This document shows positions 61,872-64,000 of a stretch of 64,000 nucleotides of DNA, one piece after another. Origin of the DNA: Peribolospora baueri (Eukaryota); assembly GCA_029717555.1 (NCBI GenBank), contig JAMDHS010000012.1, forward strand, positions 248,001 through 312,000. Reading direction: 5' to 3'. Below the pieces are notes generated by a model. The model ran no database searches. It was not told the origin of the DNA and was given only the letters and a program-made list of their open reading frames with translations. How positions within the stretch are numbered: the first letter of the stretch is position 1; each line of letters opens with the position of its first letter. Both the position numbers and the translations under genes were made by a program.

Positions 61872-64000
61872 ATGTCCAAGCGATCGGGGAAGCAGAAGCA
61901 GGTCGACGGCACTTCGCCGGCTCCTGCGTCCACACAGCGGCTGGCCAACGGCATCGCGCAGAGGCCCAAAGCCGAGGTGGCCTCTGCCAGCGCTACCATT
62001 CCACCAACATGGTCTGGAAAGGAGGAGGGAGTTCGAATGGAGGCTCTGCCGTGGACTCCTGTCGTGGAGGGGTCGGCTTCGAAGCATCCGGTTGTGTTCA
62101 CGCAGGACGGGAAGTGAGTACAGGCTCGCGTGCCAGAATAAGTCTTGTCAAATCATTTCTCCTTGAACCGCGCGCCTTACAGTTCACTCCCAATTGTAAC
62201 ACAGCTACTTTTTTGTCGCCGTGTCGTCCTCCGTCAAGATCCACTCTCGTGCCACAGGACAGGTTGTGTCGACCTTGTCTTCCAGTCCTGAGTCGACAAC
62301 GTCTGGCGACACTCCGAAGAGCCGGGGACGGACCGGAGCAATCATAGGCCTTCTTTTGAACCCTTTTAATCCCCTTCAGCTTATCACGGCCTCGTTGGAC
62401 GGTACAGTCAAAGTGTGGGATTACCTGGATGCCGTCCTTCTCAAGAGTATCTCGGTGGGATACGGCATTACCCATATCGCTGCACACTCCAGGCACAAGA
62501 ATTATGTTTTTGTGGCTGTTCGAAAACCTGCGGCATCGTCTGCCCGAGCTTCTACAAGCGGCGCAGCGACAGGCCCGGGTAAGCACAGCTGCCTTCTCTT
62601 ATCATGCGCAGCATATGCTGATCTGTGTGCCTTCTGTACCCCTCCTATCCGCAGCTCGCATTAATTCCGTCATCTTCCGCATCTCTCTAGACACCTTCCA
62701 GCCCAAAGATGGCTCGAAGCCCACTGTTTCTGTCGCGCAACCACCGCGCGAACTTGTTCGCGTCGGTAAGACTCGCGAGGCAACAGGCATGCACATTTCA
62801 GCTGACGGAGAGTGGCTCGTCGCCATCGGTGGTAGCAAGGTCCATGTCGCCCGCTTGTCGGCCATCCGGGACGGTTTTACGAAATACGTATCATCCGACC
62901 GACTCGTTTCCCTCGCTTTCCACCCTCATGACAACACCTTCGCCACCGGCGACGAAAAGGGCCAGATCCGTATGTGGTACCTTCTGGAAGATGGGACGGT
63001 GGAGAGTGTCGAAGGAGGAAAGGGCGCTGGGATGGAGAAGCGCGTGCCGACTACTACGCTGCACTGGCACGCGCACGCGGTCAGCTCGTTGACTTTTACT
63101 TCCAATGGCGCGTACCTGCTCTCCGGCGGAGAAGAGGCCGTGCTGGTGATTTGGCGACTGGGTTCTGCTCAGAAAGAGTTCATTCCTCGTGTCGGAGCTG
63201 CCATCAACTCCATCGCCCTCGCTAGAAGTTCGGAAGGGCGAGAGCAGGAGTATGCTGTGGGCTTGGTGGACGGTAGCACGGTTTTCGTCAGTGCGACGAA
63301 TCTCAAGGTGGTTCGAACCATTTCCCGCGTCAAGATCGGTGAGAACGATTTTCTTGTTCCAATTGCTCGCGCCATACCATTTCCTGAGCCCGCCAGAACT
63401 TTCCGTACTTCACTTCTCCCCAGATCCCTCGCGCAAAAGCTTCAGATTGTCCGGCACGCCGCCAGTGCCGCTCGAAGTTCAACCTTCCACCGGCCATCTC
63501 GTGGTGTCCTCCGGTCATCCGTCGTCGATCCAATTTTTCAACCCTGCGACCGACTCGCTTGCCCTCGAACTCGAAGTCGCTCCGTCCAACCGCGTCTCTC
63601 GTGCCAATGAGAAGCCCATCGAGCCTCCTCGCGTCGAGAGAGTCGTGTTCTCAGGTGGCCAAGGCGACCAGCAGGGTGAGTGGATGGCGACGTTTGACAC
63701 AAGGGACGGAGGCGAGCATTTCACGAGCGAGGCGTATCTCAAGATCTGGCGGTGGGACGCAAACACGAAGACGTAAGTGGCTTTTTGGAAGTATATCTTG
63801 TATATTTGAGAGAAATCGTTCACTAATTCTGTCGACAATTTTTTTTTTCTTTTTTCAGGTATATCCTCAACACCAGGATCGAACGTCCGCACGATGCAGG
63901 TATCACCGCGATGTCCTTCTCGCCTGTCGGCAGCACCGACTCGGACCACTTGCTTGTCACAGCAGGCAAAGACAACAAAGTCAAGACGTGGAGAATCCGC
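61872..64000 (+). CDS. UTP17: WD40-repeat t-UTP subunit Utp17/Nan1 (WDR75); runs off the right edge
   Basis: HPVVFTQDGKYFFVAVSSSVKIHS, NPFNPLQLITASLDGTVKVWDY, FATGDEKGQIRMWY, TTTLHWHAHAVSSLTFTSNGAYLLSGGEEAVLVIW, EFIPRVGA, EWMATFD and LKIWRW...YILNTRIERPH. Confidence 0.9.

Noticed and set aside
1..64000. Mating-type locus, secondary-metabolite cluster or transposon
   Set aside because: No homeodomain pair, pheromone receptor, CaaX pheromone ORF, PKS/NRPS, transposase or reverse transcriptase motifs were seen.

Overview
Eukaryotic, GC-rich (~60% by eye), intron-rich fungal genomic DNA. It is a basidiomycete by protein similarity and splice signals (GTGAGT/GTAAGT donors, CTGAC/CTAAC branch points, YAG acceptors); Ustilaginomycotina is a plausible but unproven guess. 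By manual exon joining I support 17 protein-coding genes: NAP1 (runs off the left edge), Rho4-type GTPase, ornithine aminotransferase, cyclin T/K-like protein, F-box protein, Ppg1 phosphatase, HMMR/RHAMM-like coiled-coil protein, ketopantoate reductase, CCT7, bHLH factor, a micro-exon four-TM membrane protein, SMC6, Yap-type bZIP factor, BUD22, SEC21, TAF1 and UTP17/NAN1 (runs off the right edge). Long SSR-rich intergenic tracts separate them. I found no tRNA, rRNA, CRISPR array or recognisable transposon. The most unusual items are an orphan intron-containing fragment of a PI-PLC-like phosphodiesterase gene at about 6.1-6.3 kb, an 11-exon membrane-protein gene with several micro-exons that the ORF track cannot show as one gene, a fungal HMMR-like protein, and a CpG-free patch with in-frame TGA codons near 56.5 kb. 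I do not see clear evidence of a new multi-gene system. Family assignments rest on motifs I recall, not on database searches, and exon boundaries are hand-derived.
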